In this document: piece after piece, positions 26,860 through 38,869 of the stretch | How positions within the stretch are numbered: position 1 is the first letter of the stretch | Layout: the number at the start of each line of letters is the position of its first letter | Assembly (NCBI GenBank): GCA_043228905.1 | Contig: JBHGNT010000003.1 | Location: 1,736,001 to 1,800,000 of the forward strand | From: Azolla caroliniana | Lineage: Eukaryota > Plantae > Polypodiophyta | Direction: 5' to 3' | DNA: 64,000 nucleotides | The notes under the pieces: generated by a model | Told to the model about the DNA's origin: nothing | Seen by the model: the letters and a program-made list of their open reading frames with translations, nothing else | The model's database searches: none | Made by a program: the position numbers and the translations under genes

Positions 26860-27156
26860 TTGAGGGAGTCTAACTATATTCTAAAACCTTCTTTTGAGAA
26901 AATTAAGGAATGCTAAAGCCTAACTATATAACTACCCGAAGACTTAGATTAACTATATTATTTTCCGAAATTTTCCTAAAAAACAAATAATTAAAAATTA
27001 TTTTTTATTTTAAAAGGAATGCTAAAGTCTTCTATATAAGGAGGTTAGAAATTTCATTTTCATTATCACGTGAAAGAATCCATCGAGCTCAGAGCACAGG
27101 CCAATTTTCAAGCACTCAGAAGCACATCGTCGACAACACTACCTCCGGCACGAACC

Positions 27157-30100
27157 ATGAACAAGGGAAAGAAAATCGTCAGGTTAGTAATATTCTTTAC
27201 ATTTTTTAAGATTCCTAAAGATTCCTTAAAGATTCCTTTCCTCAACACATAGAAATTTTATTTTATTTTGTACAACGAACTTGGAAAGCAATTCTGAAAG
27301 GCAGGACCTTCAACCAAAATCCGATGCAGTGCATCGGATTTGCGTTGAAAGTCATGCCTTTCAACCAAAATCCGATGCAGTGCAGCGGATTTTGGTTGAA
27401 AAAAATGCTGTTTTTGCGATAAAAAACTATCGCATGGGACCATAAAATTGACGTAATTTAAATGATAATTTGCGTGATTTAGATAAAATTGTACATTGTT
27501 TCTATGTTTTCACCAACGTTTTTAATTTCAGTGAACCCAGACAAAAAGTTCGTTCATTTAGATTGAAGATTTGATCTCCGACAAAGTGAGAATCTGGCTC
27601 CTTCATCAAGGACACGAGTAAAAAGATTTTATTTGACTCAACGGGGGAAGGAGGATCCAAGTCATCTGTGGCTACTACCAAAATCAACAAAGGTAGTACG
27701 CAAGAGGAGAAAACGGTTGAGGTGAAATATAAGGATTACCCCGAACTTGAATGGTGTCTCTCTTATGTCGAGGAGGATGGGGTGCTGTTATTGATAACGG
27801 CAAAATCAGACGGGGAAGGGAAACTTCAGCTTGGAAAAACATTTAATTATGGGCATGTAACCAAGCTAGAGTACGAAGACATTGACTCTACAAGTATTTT
27901 AATCGACGTCTCGAGCTCAGTTGGCAACAGGCGATTGCGACTTGATGAGGGAAACCTAGTACCCGAATCTTGCAATCCCAAGGCTTTGCGTAAAGACCTG
28001 CAAACGAAAAATAACTTGTTGGTAGCTCTTCGGCCGTACGTGACAGGAGAGATGATGACCAGTGAAGCAGAAACTCCACCGAAAAAGTCTAGGAAGACAA
28101 ATCCTGTTCAAAAGAAATATACTAAACGACCACGACCCGAAGAAGAAGAAGAAGAAATATTAGAGTTCGTGGAAGAAGAAGACGACCAACAAGTCGACGT
28201 CGTGGCTCTAGGCGGACAACTATCTTCTGGTGTCCTGACGTTAGAACAAAATAAAATAAGAGAAAATATTGTGAAGACTAAACTTGTGCGCAGGGGCCAG
28301 CTATTTCATTTGCCCATTACTTCTATCCAAAGGCCCCCCATTGACCCCGTGACTGGAAGACGTGCCTTGGAAATTAGGGAGCCGCACTCCGTCCATGTGC
28401 AAAACCTGAAAAGCAAAATGAAAATCAATCCTCACGCTATTGTGGTGCCATTTTTGGTAATGGTTGATCAAGAACAATGCCCAACAGTAGCAGATTTCAA
28501 GTATAGCTCTGCAGACGATTACACATACTATGTAATCGGAGGATCACATTCCGCCGAAGCTCGACGACAGCTTGTCAAAGAATATCCTCTCACGCCGTTC
28601 TTCAAGTACGCCGAATGTAAGGTATATGCAGGACTAACTCACAAGGAGGCGAAGCTGCTCGCATGGGACCATAACAATGACAACGATTATAGGCAAAAGA
28701 TGTCATGTATAGAGAGGATAAGATTTTTTCATCATGAATACCTGGATGCCTTGAATCGTTTTGGTCCAAGATTGTGGCCTGGATTGCGACGCCAGTGTTT
28801 ATTGGAAGTAGGGATTGCAGTGGATGAGAGTACCAAATCCGAAGGTCTCCGAAAATATGATTCTTGGTTTCAACTAGCTTTTCGGACCGGAGAGGTGTGG
28901 GATCTCCAAGACAAAATATTCTCTATGTGGGAGTGGAAAGAAGTCAAGGGGCAAAGATAAAAAAAGGGAAGAATTGATCCAGAAGTTGAGATGAAATCAA
29001 AGACCAAGGGAAAAAGCGACTTGGTAATCGAGGAGTTAGCAGAGGACATGAAACTTTTACCTTGGAGATCATTACAAGGTATCAAAGATGATAGATTGTT
29101 AATATCCGTGCTATCTCGAGTGGTCGCCAAGGAATTTAGTTTGGACGAGATGGTAACAGACTTGCAAAAGTAAGTGTTTATAGTATACCTTTTCATGAAA
29201 GTCTTCAATTATTTTGAATATCTTATTTCTAATTTTATATTGATTGTGCAGTCACAAGGTATACATGAAGATTCAGGAGTTGATGATGCAAAAACTGAGT
29301 TTACCGACATGGGAAGAAGTTGAACAAGCCTGCCTGATAACTTCTTCCTACAAGGCATTGGAGGAATATTTTATTGTATTTAGAGAATGGGTATGTGTCT
29401 TTTGAATGTTGATATGTTAGAAACTAATGTTCCCTGCTAACAACAATGACACTTGTAGAAACCATCAAAATCGAAAAAGAACAACGACAATAATGACGGT
29501 ATTCCAGCGGCCTTCATCACGCACTTAGAACGTGCGAAATATGAGAAGAGAATGACCAAAGGGAAGGAAATGGAACTGCCCGAGGATTCGGAGACTGTAA
29601 AGAGTTTTTTGCATAGGTCCGATCCAGGACCTTTCAAATAGCTTCATTATAGTGTTTTCAATGGCGAAGTATCCAAGATGCTTGAACTGTTACCGAGAAG
29701 GCACTACACTTTGTTGATAGCTGACATACCATATGGTTTCCGTATTGCGGGATCAACATATGATGATGTGCCTTTCAAGTACCCTCAGATCGAGAAAATG
29801 GTAAAGGATTTCGCAGAACTGACATTGGCCCCCTTGTGGAGGATAGTCATATTTCATAGCATGGGGCAATCACTGTCAGTCACAACAGCTTTGAAGTCCC
29901 GTTGTCATGCCACTGAACACATGCATTGGTGCGTTATAGTTCACTTTTACTCATTACAGTACTTCTTATTATATGTACACATTTACACCTCTAATACTTG
30001 ATTTTCTTTCTCTATAGGATCAAAACAAATATTACACGTAGCCCTGGCGATCGAATGGTTAGTGCGGTTGAACATTTTTGTGTGGGCTACTATGATTCAA

Positions 30101-30747
30101 TTACAAAGAAGAAGGCTAGAGCATATGTCAATGAGCATAACGTGGTTAACTACATCATGTGCCCAGCTGTAACCAAAAAATTAAGACATGTGTCAGGGAA
30201 TAAAAGTATGGTGAACCCTTATCAAAAACCTCAAAGATTGATCAACCGCCTCATAGAGCTCTTCTCGAATCCAGATGATTGGGTCCTAGACTTGTTCTCT
30301 GGCACAGGTATAATATATATATTTAATTTCAATTCTGTCGATCAAGTTTAAGACATTACTTCTTATATATACTTGTTTGTGTTCATGCGACCATTAGGTA
30401 CAACGACAGCTTGTGCATTGAAGATGTTTAGAAACTGTGTTGCATTGGAGAAGGACCCTGCTCAAGTTAACTTCATCAAAATGAGGATCACAGGAATCTG
30501 GGACTGTCCAGATTAGGATCAAGAAGTCGGAGCAAAACACATCAACGAGACAGAGATGTTCCAGATGACTTCACGAGAACCAATGGAACCAATTGATGAA
30601 GAAGCAGGGGAGCTGGTGGACCTGGAAGATGTAGCACAGTTTGACCATACATTAGATTCGGGAGAGCTTGGAGATGACACAAATGAAAACAGTCTAGAAC
30701 AATCAGCGCCAAAGGAGCCTGCTCTACCTGATTTGCTTATAGATTGA
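27157..30747 (+). pseudogene. ParB-like domain + beta-class N6A/N4C DNA methyltransferase fusion; predicted exons 27157-27182, 27532-29169, 29252-29390, 29459-~29928, ~30019-30307, ~30399-30747; about 5 premature stops
   Basis: YYVIGGSHSAEARRQL...CKVYAGL...LLAWDHN (ParB/Srx-like); LLIADIPYG (motif IV); NPYQKPQRLINRLIELFSNPDDWVLDLFSGTG-TTTACALKMFRNCVALEKD (motif I region); GT-AG introns keep the frame. Confidence 0.88.
27309..27400. repeat. Two tandem 41-bp palindromes in intron 1 of the S1 cargo gene
   Basis: TTCAACCAAAATCCGATGCA-G-TGCATCGGATTTGCGTTGAA (27309-27349) and a second copy at 27360-27400. Confidence 0.9.
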
Positions 30748-31510
30748 TGTAGATGGTGTAATGTAAAAATTGAGGATTTTGAGGCATAATGTTCACCATC
30801 ACTTCATATTATATTTGTATATGAGAACATCTGTAAATATTTATCGTTTAATTAAATTCACCTGTTCATAATTTCCCTTTTTAATCATTATTGGAACCGT
30901 AGTTTGTATTTACATATAATTGGTCACCATGCTCTTCTTCAGTTTGAGATATTAACATGATATTGTAATTTCTCATTTCCGTTAGCATGACTGTATATGA
31001 AAAGGCGAATGTTTTTGATAATAAGAGGTTTTTAGTTACCTACGGTTCAAGTCTATTGGTTCCACATAGTATAAATGAATGTCGTACGTAATTGTTACTC
31101 TTACCAATTACATTGTCATGAACTATATGACATTATACAATGAAACTATCGATATACCCGTCCAACAAGTGGGGTACTACTTTATTCCTAAACCCAAAAC
31201 CACATATTTATAATTGCGGTTTATGTAGTTTTACTCTACAATTTGAATATGGATACCAATTTTAGAACTTTATATTGAACCAAGTCTTCAATTGTGCTCC
31301 ATGATATGCAAATTGACACGAATGTGGACACATATACAATTTAGTAATTGCTAGGTCTTTTTTGTTCTATATTTAACCATCAAGTCGCAAAAGGGGTACG
31401 CATGCATCGTATATTTTCGATATCAGGCTAAAATAGGGTACTTTTCTACATCTGGCCAACTATGCCAAAAGAGAATACGACATATTACCTGTTTCAAATG
31501 ACCCGGTGTT

Positions 31511-33475
31511 GTTTGCTTTATAAGGTTCAAGAAGAGAACAATGGAAAACCGGATGTATCTGAAGCTGCGGAAGGAGATCAAGGCGGAAGGTGACATCATT
31601 AATCTTACTCGTAATACGGAAGGGACCGAGTCGTCGATAATCCAACTTGTCGCACAGTCGAGTAGTCTTGATGTGACGACGTAAGAGCCATACTCGATCT
31701 CCGATGGCAAAAGAGGAGGGAATCCGATGACGATCCGCATAAGTCTTCTGTGTGTGTTGAGCATGATGAAGGTGAGTAGAGAGATCCATCTGGATCTTGC
31801 GTAGCCTCTCCAAATGATCCTCGGCACAAGGGTTGGTAGGTAGCTCCGGAGTGTCGATCACCGACCAGCGAGGATGGAAACCGGTATAAGCGAAAAATGG
31901 GGAGACCCGAGTCGAGGAGTGAATAGCATTATTATACGCAAACTCCGCAAAGTAGAGAATCTCGACCCAATCGTCCTTTTGATAACTCAGGAAACACCAA
32001 AGATATTGCTCTAGCGTTTGGTTTGTTCGTTCCGCCTGCCCGTCGATCTGAGGATGGTAGCCGGAGGAGAGGTTGCAGGAGACCTTGAGCATCTTGAAGA
32101 GATGCTGCCAAAATTTGGAGACAAATTGCGGGCCTCGGTCACTGATAATACTGTCTGGGAGGCCATGATGCCGAAATACCTCACGCATAACAAGAGCGGC
32201 GGTTTCCTTGCTAGTGATGGCTTTAGTACACGGCACAAACTGTGCCATCTTCGTATATCGATCGACGACGATTAGGATAGCATCGAACCCCTTCGAGACC
32301 GGTAGATCTGTGATAAAATCAAGACAAATAGACTGCCACGGCTTACTTGGAATCGGTAAGGGTTCCAACAAGCCATATGGATGGTGTCGTGGCATCTTTG
32401 CTCGGCAGCAAGCATCACAGGTCCGAACGTAGTCGTCGACAAAACGGCGCATGTGGGGCCACCAAAAAGATCGTTGCACTAGCTCCAACGTCTTAGTACT
32501 ACCGAAATGTCCTGCCGTATGGGTGTCATGACAATGTTGGACGATTTGAAGGCGACAGGAGCAATCGGGGACATATACGCGCTTTTTAAAGAATAACAAA
32601 CCATCATGATATTCGAATTGTCGGTAGTCAATACCTGGTTGTTGAGACTGAGAACAGGATGCCCGAGAAGTATCAATGTGCGCCAGGATGTCTTGAGCAA
32701 AACTATCCGTCTTCAAGGTTGCACGTATATCATCGGTAATCCGTGAATCCATCGAGGTGTGAAAAATCCGCGTCGTGTGCAATCGTGTTGGTCCCAAGAT
32801 TACTTGCTTTTGATTATTAAATGTTGCGTCACCAGGCCGAGGTGCAAGATATGAACGCCGTGATAGTGCATCTGCTTTTCCTTGCTGCTTCCCCGGTCGA
32901 TATGTGATTTTGAAGTCGAAACGCGTGAGGAATTGCACCCACCGAGCTTGCCGTCGATTTAGTACGCGAGCGTTTTGAAAATAAGCAAGATTTTTATGAT
33001 CGCTAAAGACAATGACCTGATGTGGAGAGCCCTCTGAGAAATGCCGCCATTGTACAAATGAATCCACGATGGCTAATAACTCCTTGTCATGTATTTCGTA
33101 GTTGATTTCTGCGACATCGAATTTGCGCGAATGGAAAGCCATCGGATGCAACTCTTCTTTATCGCCTTGTTGAGAAAGGATGCTACCGAGGGCGAAATCT
33201 GATGCGTCAGCCTCCATGATGAATGGTTTGCTTGTATCCACATGAGCTAGAATCGGTGCTGATGTAAAGGCTTTCTTAAGATGCCGAAAAGCCATATCTG
33301 CTTCTATGGACCAAAGAAATGCTTGGCCCTTCTTCGTAAGTTGTGTGAGAGGTAAAATAATCTTTGAGTAATCCTGTATAAACTTACGGTAGAAGTTAGC
33401 AAAACCTAGAAAACATTGTACATCTCGTACCGACCGTGGAATTTGCCACTCTAGTACAGTTTGGATTTTAGCTGG
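31511..33475 (-). pseudogene. Element E pol: RT C-terminus, RNase H, integrase
   Basis: VQCFLGFANFYRKFI, EADASDFALG, NYEIHDKELLAI, HDTHTAGH...CDAC (zinc finger), LDFITDLP, SDRGPQF, DGQAERTNQ, GPF. Confidence 0.93.
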
Positions 33476-36400
33476 TGTTACCGTACGAGATGTACGGGTG
33501 ATTGATAAATGTGATAAGTGAGGGTGAAAGATGTAATGTGTTGATATGTATGTGTGATTTTATAAGATTATGTGTGAATGTAAGTGTGAGTGTGGTAGAT
33601 ACAAAGAGGTGTGAGTGAGTGACTAGGTGTGAATGCCAAGGGGGCTTGCACCCTTGTGGATCTACCCCTTTGTACCTATTTAACCCTTATGGGGAATGAA
33701 TGAACATTTTCTCTCTAATCTCTCTCTCTTTGACACCTTTTCTCTTCTCTCTCCCTCTCTCACGTTGAACCCCCTTGGGAGGGGGGTGGAGCCATTCTAG
33801 GCACCACCCCCCACCCCGCAATGCTTCTCTATATGATCTCTCTCACCATCATAATCTCCATCACCATGTCTATCTTCATTACCAATCATCATAGTTATCA
33901 TTCATCATCATCGTTGTCATTAACCCTAACCCTAAAACCTATAACACCTTTTGGCCCCTTTGGAGATAGAGTCGACGAATGATCCGCGGCAGTATGATGT
34001 GCGAGTGGAACTTACGGAATGATATGCGGTAGAAGTATGTGCAAGAGAGCAAGAAATCAAATTGACAATGTACAAGAAATGATGAAAATGGTAGATTGAT
34101 GATGTCTCCGAGCATTATCATCTTCATTCTCATCATTTTTGGTCTTTGGATAATCACTACTCCTGTAACCCTAACCCCATTTTCTGTTCTTTTTTTCCTA
34201 ACCCTAACTCCTCTACCATTCCTTGCACTAGATACCCTAGCCCTAGTTTCTCCTACACCCATGGGCCTTATAAGTTTAGCCCAAACTCTTCGTGTACTAA
34301 CCCTAAGTGTGTGCCTCTGGCCCTTATACTAACCCTGATACTAACAGCTATATTAACCACCATAATGCATGTGAGCATGATTCATATCATGGTGGCACTC
34401 ATAATAAGCATAGTTTGTTCATAAACCATGATCTCCAAGATGATGCATATGAAGGAATTAGAATGTGCGGTCATTCTTCGTTGTAATCATAATCATTAGG
34501 GTCACCATTGCTAAAATCATCAACAACAAATAGAAGGAGAAGACGAGAGAACACCAAAGAAGAACAAGGAGGACCGGACAACAAGACGAAAAAAACGAAG
34601 GGTCTCCCAGAGATGATGGTGACAAAGAGAAAGGGCGGTGGAAAGAATGACCAATGGCCAGAGAAGATGAACAAGGATGGGAGCAGCCGAACCAACTGCC
34701 AGAAAACCGGCCGGTACGGACCGGAACGAGCTGAACTAAGACAGCTCGATGGCTAGAACAACGATAACGACAGAGGAGAGGCCGGAGAAGCGCCGGCCAG
34801 AGAGCGACCGAAGAGCGGTCGTAGTGGCTGAACGGCGCCGGAAAGGAGGCGGCCAGACCGGACGACGCTGGACAACGGCTGAAGAGCAGCCGGACAACAG
34901 TCGAAGCAGTTGGATTGACCGGTTAGTGGCTAAACAACAACGGACGACCGGACAAATGCCGGTACGACAGCCGGACGACGACGATTGACGACGGCCGATC
35001 GACGGAGACGACCACAAAACCCAACGAAGCAGCGGCCGCAACAGGAGAGTTTCGGCCAGAGAGGGGCTAGATAGCAACAAGAACAACGTCCAAATATCGG
35101 CCGAAGAGTGGAAAGAGCGGTCGGAATAGCCGGACAGTGACAGTAGCAGCCGGAGCGGCCTGAGGGTCGGACAAGGTCGAGGAAGCAGATAGGCGGCCGG
35201 GAGGACGGACTAAACGCACGACCGGAAGACAACGGACAAATGGTTGGGACAGTAGCTGAACAACGACTGGAGTGGCAGCAAATAATCGGCGGCGGCGGCG
35301 AAAAATTAGCGACGAAGATGGCCAGACCGGACGGGCCAGACAAACGAATGGAGGACCGGGAGATAGGGTAGGACACGGACAACCAGCGGTAGCAAAAATC
35401 AGCAACCAGACAGACAGCCGGAGCGGCTGGACAACAACCAGAACGGCGACACCACGCTCAAAAGCGATAGGAATGGCCGGACAGCCGATGGCCAGAACGG
35501 TGATGACGTTGAAACGACGAACCGGACAACCGAATAGTGGCTGGAGGGCCGAAAAGACAATAATGGCCAGTTTGGACAGACGGACCGGACAGAGTCAGAG
35601 ACACAGATAGACAACGTTGGACGAAGACGAATCGACAGACAACAGTGACGGACAAACAATGACGACGGATGGTGATGGTGATGGTGATGGTGATGACAAC
35701 GGTGACGGTGACAGCGACAGAACCAGAGACGAAAACAGAAACGAAAACAGAAACAGAGATGGAGATGAACCGAGAAGGCCGTACATACGCAACGACACAC
35801 AACAACACACAAGAACAGAGCGTGACAGCAACGGACAATGGACATAGCGGTGGTGAAAGAAGGAAGAAGAAACCGAAAGCGGAGATGAAGGAAAGAAATA
35901 GAGAAAGGGAAGAAGAAATAGAAAACACAGAGGAAGAGACGTTGAAGAAGAAGAAAACAAGAAGTAAGAGAAAAAATAGAAGGAAACAAGAAAAGAAAAA
36001 AAGAGGGAAAAAGAGGATGATAAGGGGCATGTGAAGAAATTTTAAATGTTGAGGGTAGTGCAGTCTAAAATTTCAGAAACCTGGGCGTACTGAATGAAAT
36101 TTTCAAAACTCGAGGGTATATAATACAAATTTTAAAAATCAAAGGGCACCTACGAAAATTTGAAAACTCATCAACCTAAAAGAAATGGACGCGATCGACA
36201 CACAACTCACAAAATGAACAAAAGGAACACACATACATACAACATTTTTTTGATGACCCAAATGATGTTACCGAAGTTCGTGAACCGATGAAGATTCGCT
36301 GACCGACGAAGATGTTCTAGTCAAGCGCTCCGATCGAGGGAGTCGATCGTTGATGTTACCAAAGTTCGTAAGTCGACAGAACAAGAATGTTCGTGTCGCA

Positions 36401-37030
36401 GAAGAGTCGCTGACCAACGGAGATGTTCGAGTCAAGCGCTCTGATCGAGGGAGTCGATCGTTGAGAGGACCGATGGAAATTCCGGTCGAAGAAAAATTAT
36501 GATCAAGGCATGTGGGATCGACGTGCAAGGCACTCTCCCACGGGCGTGCCATATTGTGTTATCGTACGAGATGTACGGGTGATTGATAAATGTGATAAGT
36601 GAGGGTGAAAGATGTAATGTGTTGATATGTATGTGTGATTTTATAAGATTATGTGTGAATGTAAGTGTGAGTGTGGTAGATACAAAGAGGTGTGAGTGAG
36701 TGACTAGGTGTGAATGCCAAGGGGGCTTGCACCCTTGTGGATCTACCCCTTTGTACCTATTTAACCTTTATGGGGAATGAATGAAACATGAATGAACATT
36801 TTCTCTCTAATCTCTCTCTCTTTGACACCTTTTCTCTTCTCTCTCCCTCTCTCACGTTGAACCCCCTTGGGAGGGGGGTGGAGCCATTCTAGGCACCACC
36901 CCGCAATGCTTCTCAATGCACATGATCTCTCTCGCCATCAATCCCATACTCTCCATCATCATCATAACCACCATGTCTATCTTTATCATGATTATCATCG
37001 TCCTTAACCCTAACCCTAAAACGTATAACA
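33476..37030. mobile_element. Element F: non-autonomous LTR element; ~470-bp LTRs at 33476-33946 and 36557-37030; low-complexity non-coding interior
   Basis: Direct repeats TGTTA.CGTACGAG...CCCTAACCCTAAAAC.TATAACA; interior is GC-rich and simple-repeat sequence without gag/pol motifs. Confidence 0.85.
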
Positions 37031-38391
37031 AGATGAAGAGTTAAATGATTGAGTCCAGCCAAAATAGGAGCCGTTTGGTTGGACAACAGCCCTAGATCTG
37101 TACAGCCCATTAGTGGTTCCATTCCTTCCAAGCAAGTTAGCAATGTGTTCCTAGCCCAAGTCATTGTTAGTACTAAAAGTACTTCCCCAGTACCCGTCCT
37201 AGCACTTTTAGATTCCGGAGCTAATTCTTGTTTCATGGATCGAAATTTTGCCCAAGCTTCTCAGATATCCTTAAGAAAACTTCCTTGTCCCGCATCTGTA
37301 GTAGTCATTGATGGTCGTCCCATTGCTTCCGGGAATATTGTAGAAGAATCAGAACCCATTCAAGTTGTCCTAGGTAGTTTTGTGTGTGTAATATCATTTA
37401 ATATAATTAGTAGTCCAGAGCATCCCATTGTCCTAGGATTACCTTGGTTTGAATTACATAATCCAGCCATAGATTGGAGAACAAGAGAAGTCCGATATCG
37501 ACCACCCCAAGAATCAACTCACCAAGTTTCGACCATTTCACTCCATCAACTACGCGAAGAAGGACCCAAGGAGGCAATGTTCCTATTTGCAATATCAATA
37601 CATCCTTCCAGCACTATTAAGAAGGACTCCTCAGTACAACTTCCAGCAAAATATCATCCTTATGCCGATGTATTTGACAAGGTAAAAGCCGGTACCCTTC
37701 CTCATCACCGTCCCTATGACTGTCCCATCGATTTACAACCAGGAACCGAGCCACCATGGGGACCAATTTACAACTTGTCACCCACCGAGTTAGAAGTCCT
37801 TCAAGCCTACATAGAGGAGAACTTGGCAAGCGGGTTCATCCACCATTCGAAATCTCCGGCCGGTGCACCCATCTTCTTTGTCAAGAAGAAAGATGGCTCA
37901 CTTCGTCTTGTTGTTGATTACCGCGGATTGAATAAAGTCACCATCCGGAATAGGTATGCACTTCCTCTTATATCAAGTCTGTTAGAGCGAGTTAATGGTG
38001 CCAAGTTTTTTACTAAAATCGACCTACAAGGAGCGTATAACCTCGTGCGGATCCGACCGGGAGATGAGTGGAAGACTGCCTTTCGCACGCGGTATGGGCA
38101 TTTCGAGTATACTGTTATGCCGTTTGGCCTAACCAATGCACCCGCAGTCTTCCAACACATGGCAAATGATATATTCAGAGACCTCTTGGATATTTGTTTG
38201 ATCATTTATCTGGATGATCTATTGATTTATTCAAAGACCCAGGAAGAGCACGATTCTCATGTACTATTAGTACTAAAGCGACTCCGCGAGAATGGTCTTT
38301 TTTCCAAGCTAGAAAAATGTAGCTTTGACTGCAAGCAAGTGGAATTTCTAGGCTACGTCATCTCCTCAAAGGGCATCGCCATGGATCCAGC
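37031..38391 (+). pseudogene. Inverted segment of element E: gag end, protease and RT
   Basis: ALLDSGANSCF, SPAGAPIFFVKKKDGSLRLVVDYRGLN, YLDDLLIYS; its ends join E at 42345-49 (gag) and 33471-75 (RT) when reverse-complemented. Confidence 0.92.
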
Positions 38392-38869
38392 TGTTACCGT
38401 ACGAGATGTACGGGTGATTGATAAATGTGATAAGTGAGGGTGAAAGATGTAATGTGTTGATATGTATGTGTGATTTTATAAGATTATGTGTGAATGTAAG
38501 TGTGAGTGTGGTAGATACAAAGAGGTGTGAGTGAGTGACTAGGTGTGAATGCCAAGGGGGCTTGCACCCTTGTGGATCTACCCCTTTGTACCTATTTAAC
38601 CCTTATGGGGAATGAATGAAACATGAATGAACATTTCTCTCTCTCTCAATCTCTCTCTTGTCATCTCTCTCTTCTATCTCCCCTTACGTTGAACCCCCTT
38701 GGGAGGGGGGTGGAGCCATTCTAGGCACCACCCCCCACCCCGCAATGCTTCTCAATGCACATGATCTCTCTCTCCATCAATCCCATACTCTCCATCATCA
38801 TCATAACCACCATGTCTATCTTTATCATGATTATCATCGTCCTTAACCCTAACCCTAAAACGTATAACA
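38392..38869. mobile_element. Third LTR of the F family
   Basis: Co-linear with 33476-33946 and 36557-37030, same orientation. Confidence 0.9.

Larger units (their letters stand above)
23860..31510 (-). mobile_element. Element S1: complete 7651-bp Sola/DUF7869-like DNA transposon carrying a ParB-DNA methyltransferase gene
   Basis: Perfect 33-bp TIRs AACACCGGGTCATTTGAAACAGGTAATATGTCG (23860-23892 / 31478-31510); 4-bp TSD GTTT (23856-59, 31511-14); removing it restores the integrase-chromodomain frame of element E. Confidence 0.95.

Noticed and set aside
27157-30747. Bacterial contamination or a restriction-modification system
   Set aside because: The gene has GT-AG introns conserved in two copies, sits inside TIRs nested in plant retrotransposons, and has no adjacent nuclease gene
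33920-33936. Telomere or interstitial telomeric array (AACCCT repeats)
   Set aside because: Only 2-3 units at the end of each F LTR; a telo-box-like motif, not an array
33947-36556. Numerous overlapping 70-196-aa ORFs as genes
   Set aside because: They arise from GC-rich and simple-repeat sequence (GGTGAT, GAAAACA, GAA runs) in a non-autonomous element; no domain motifs
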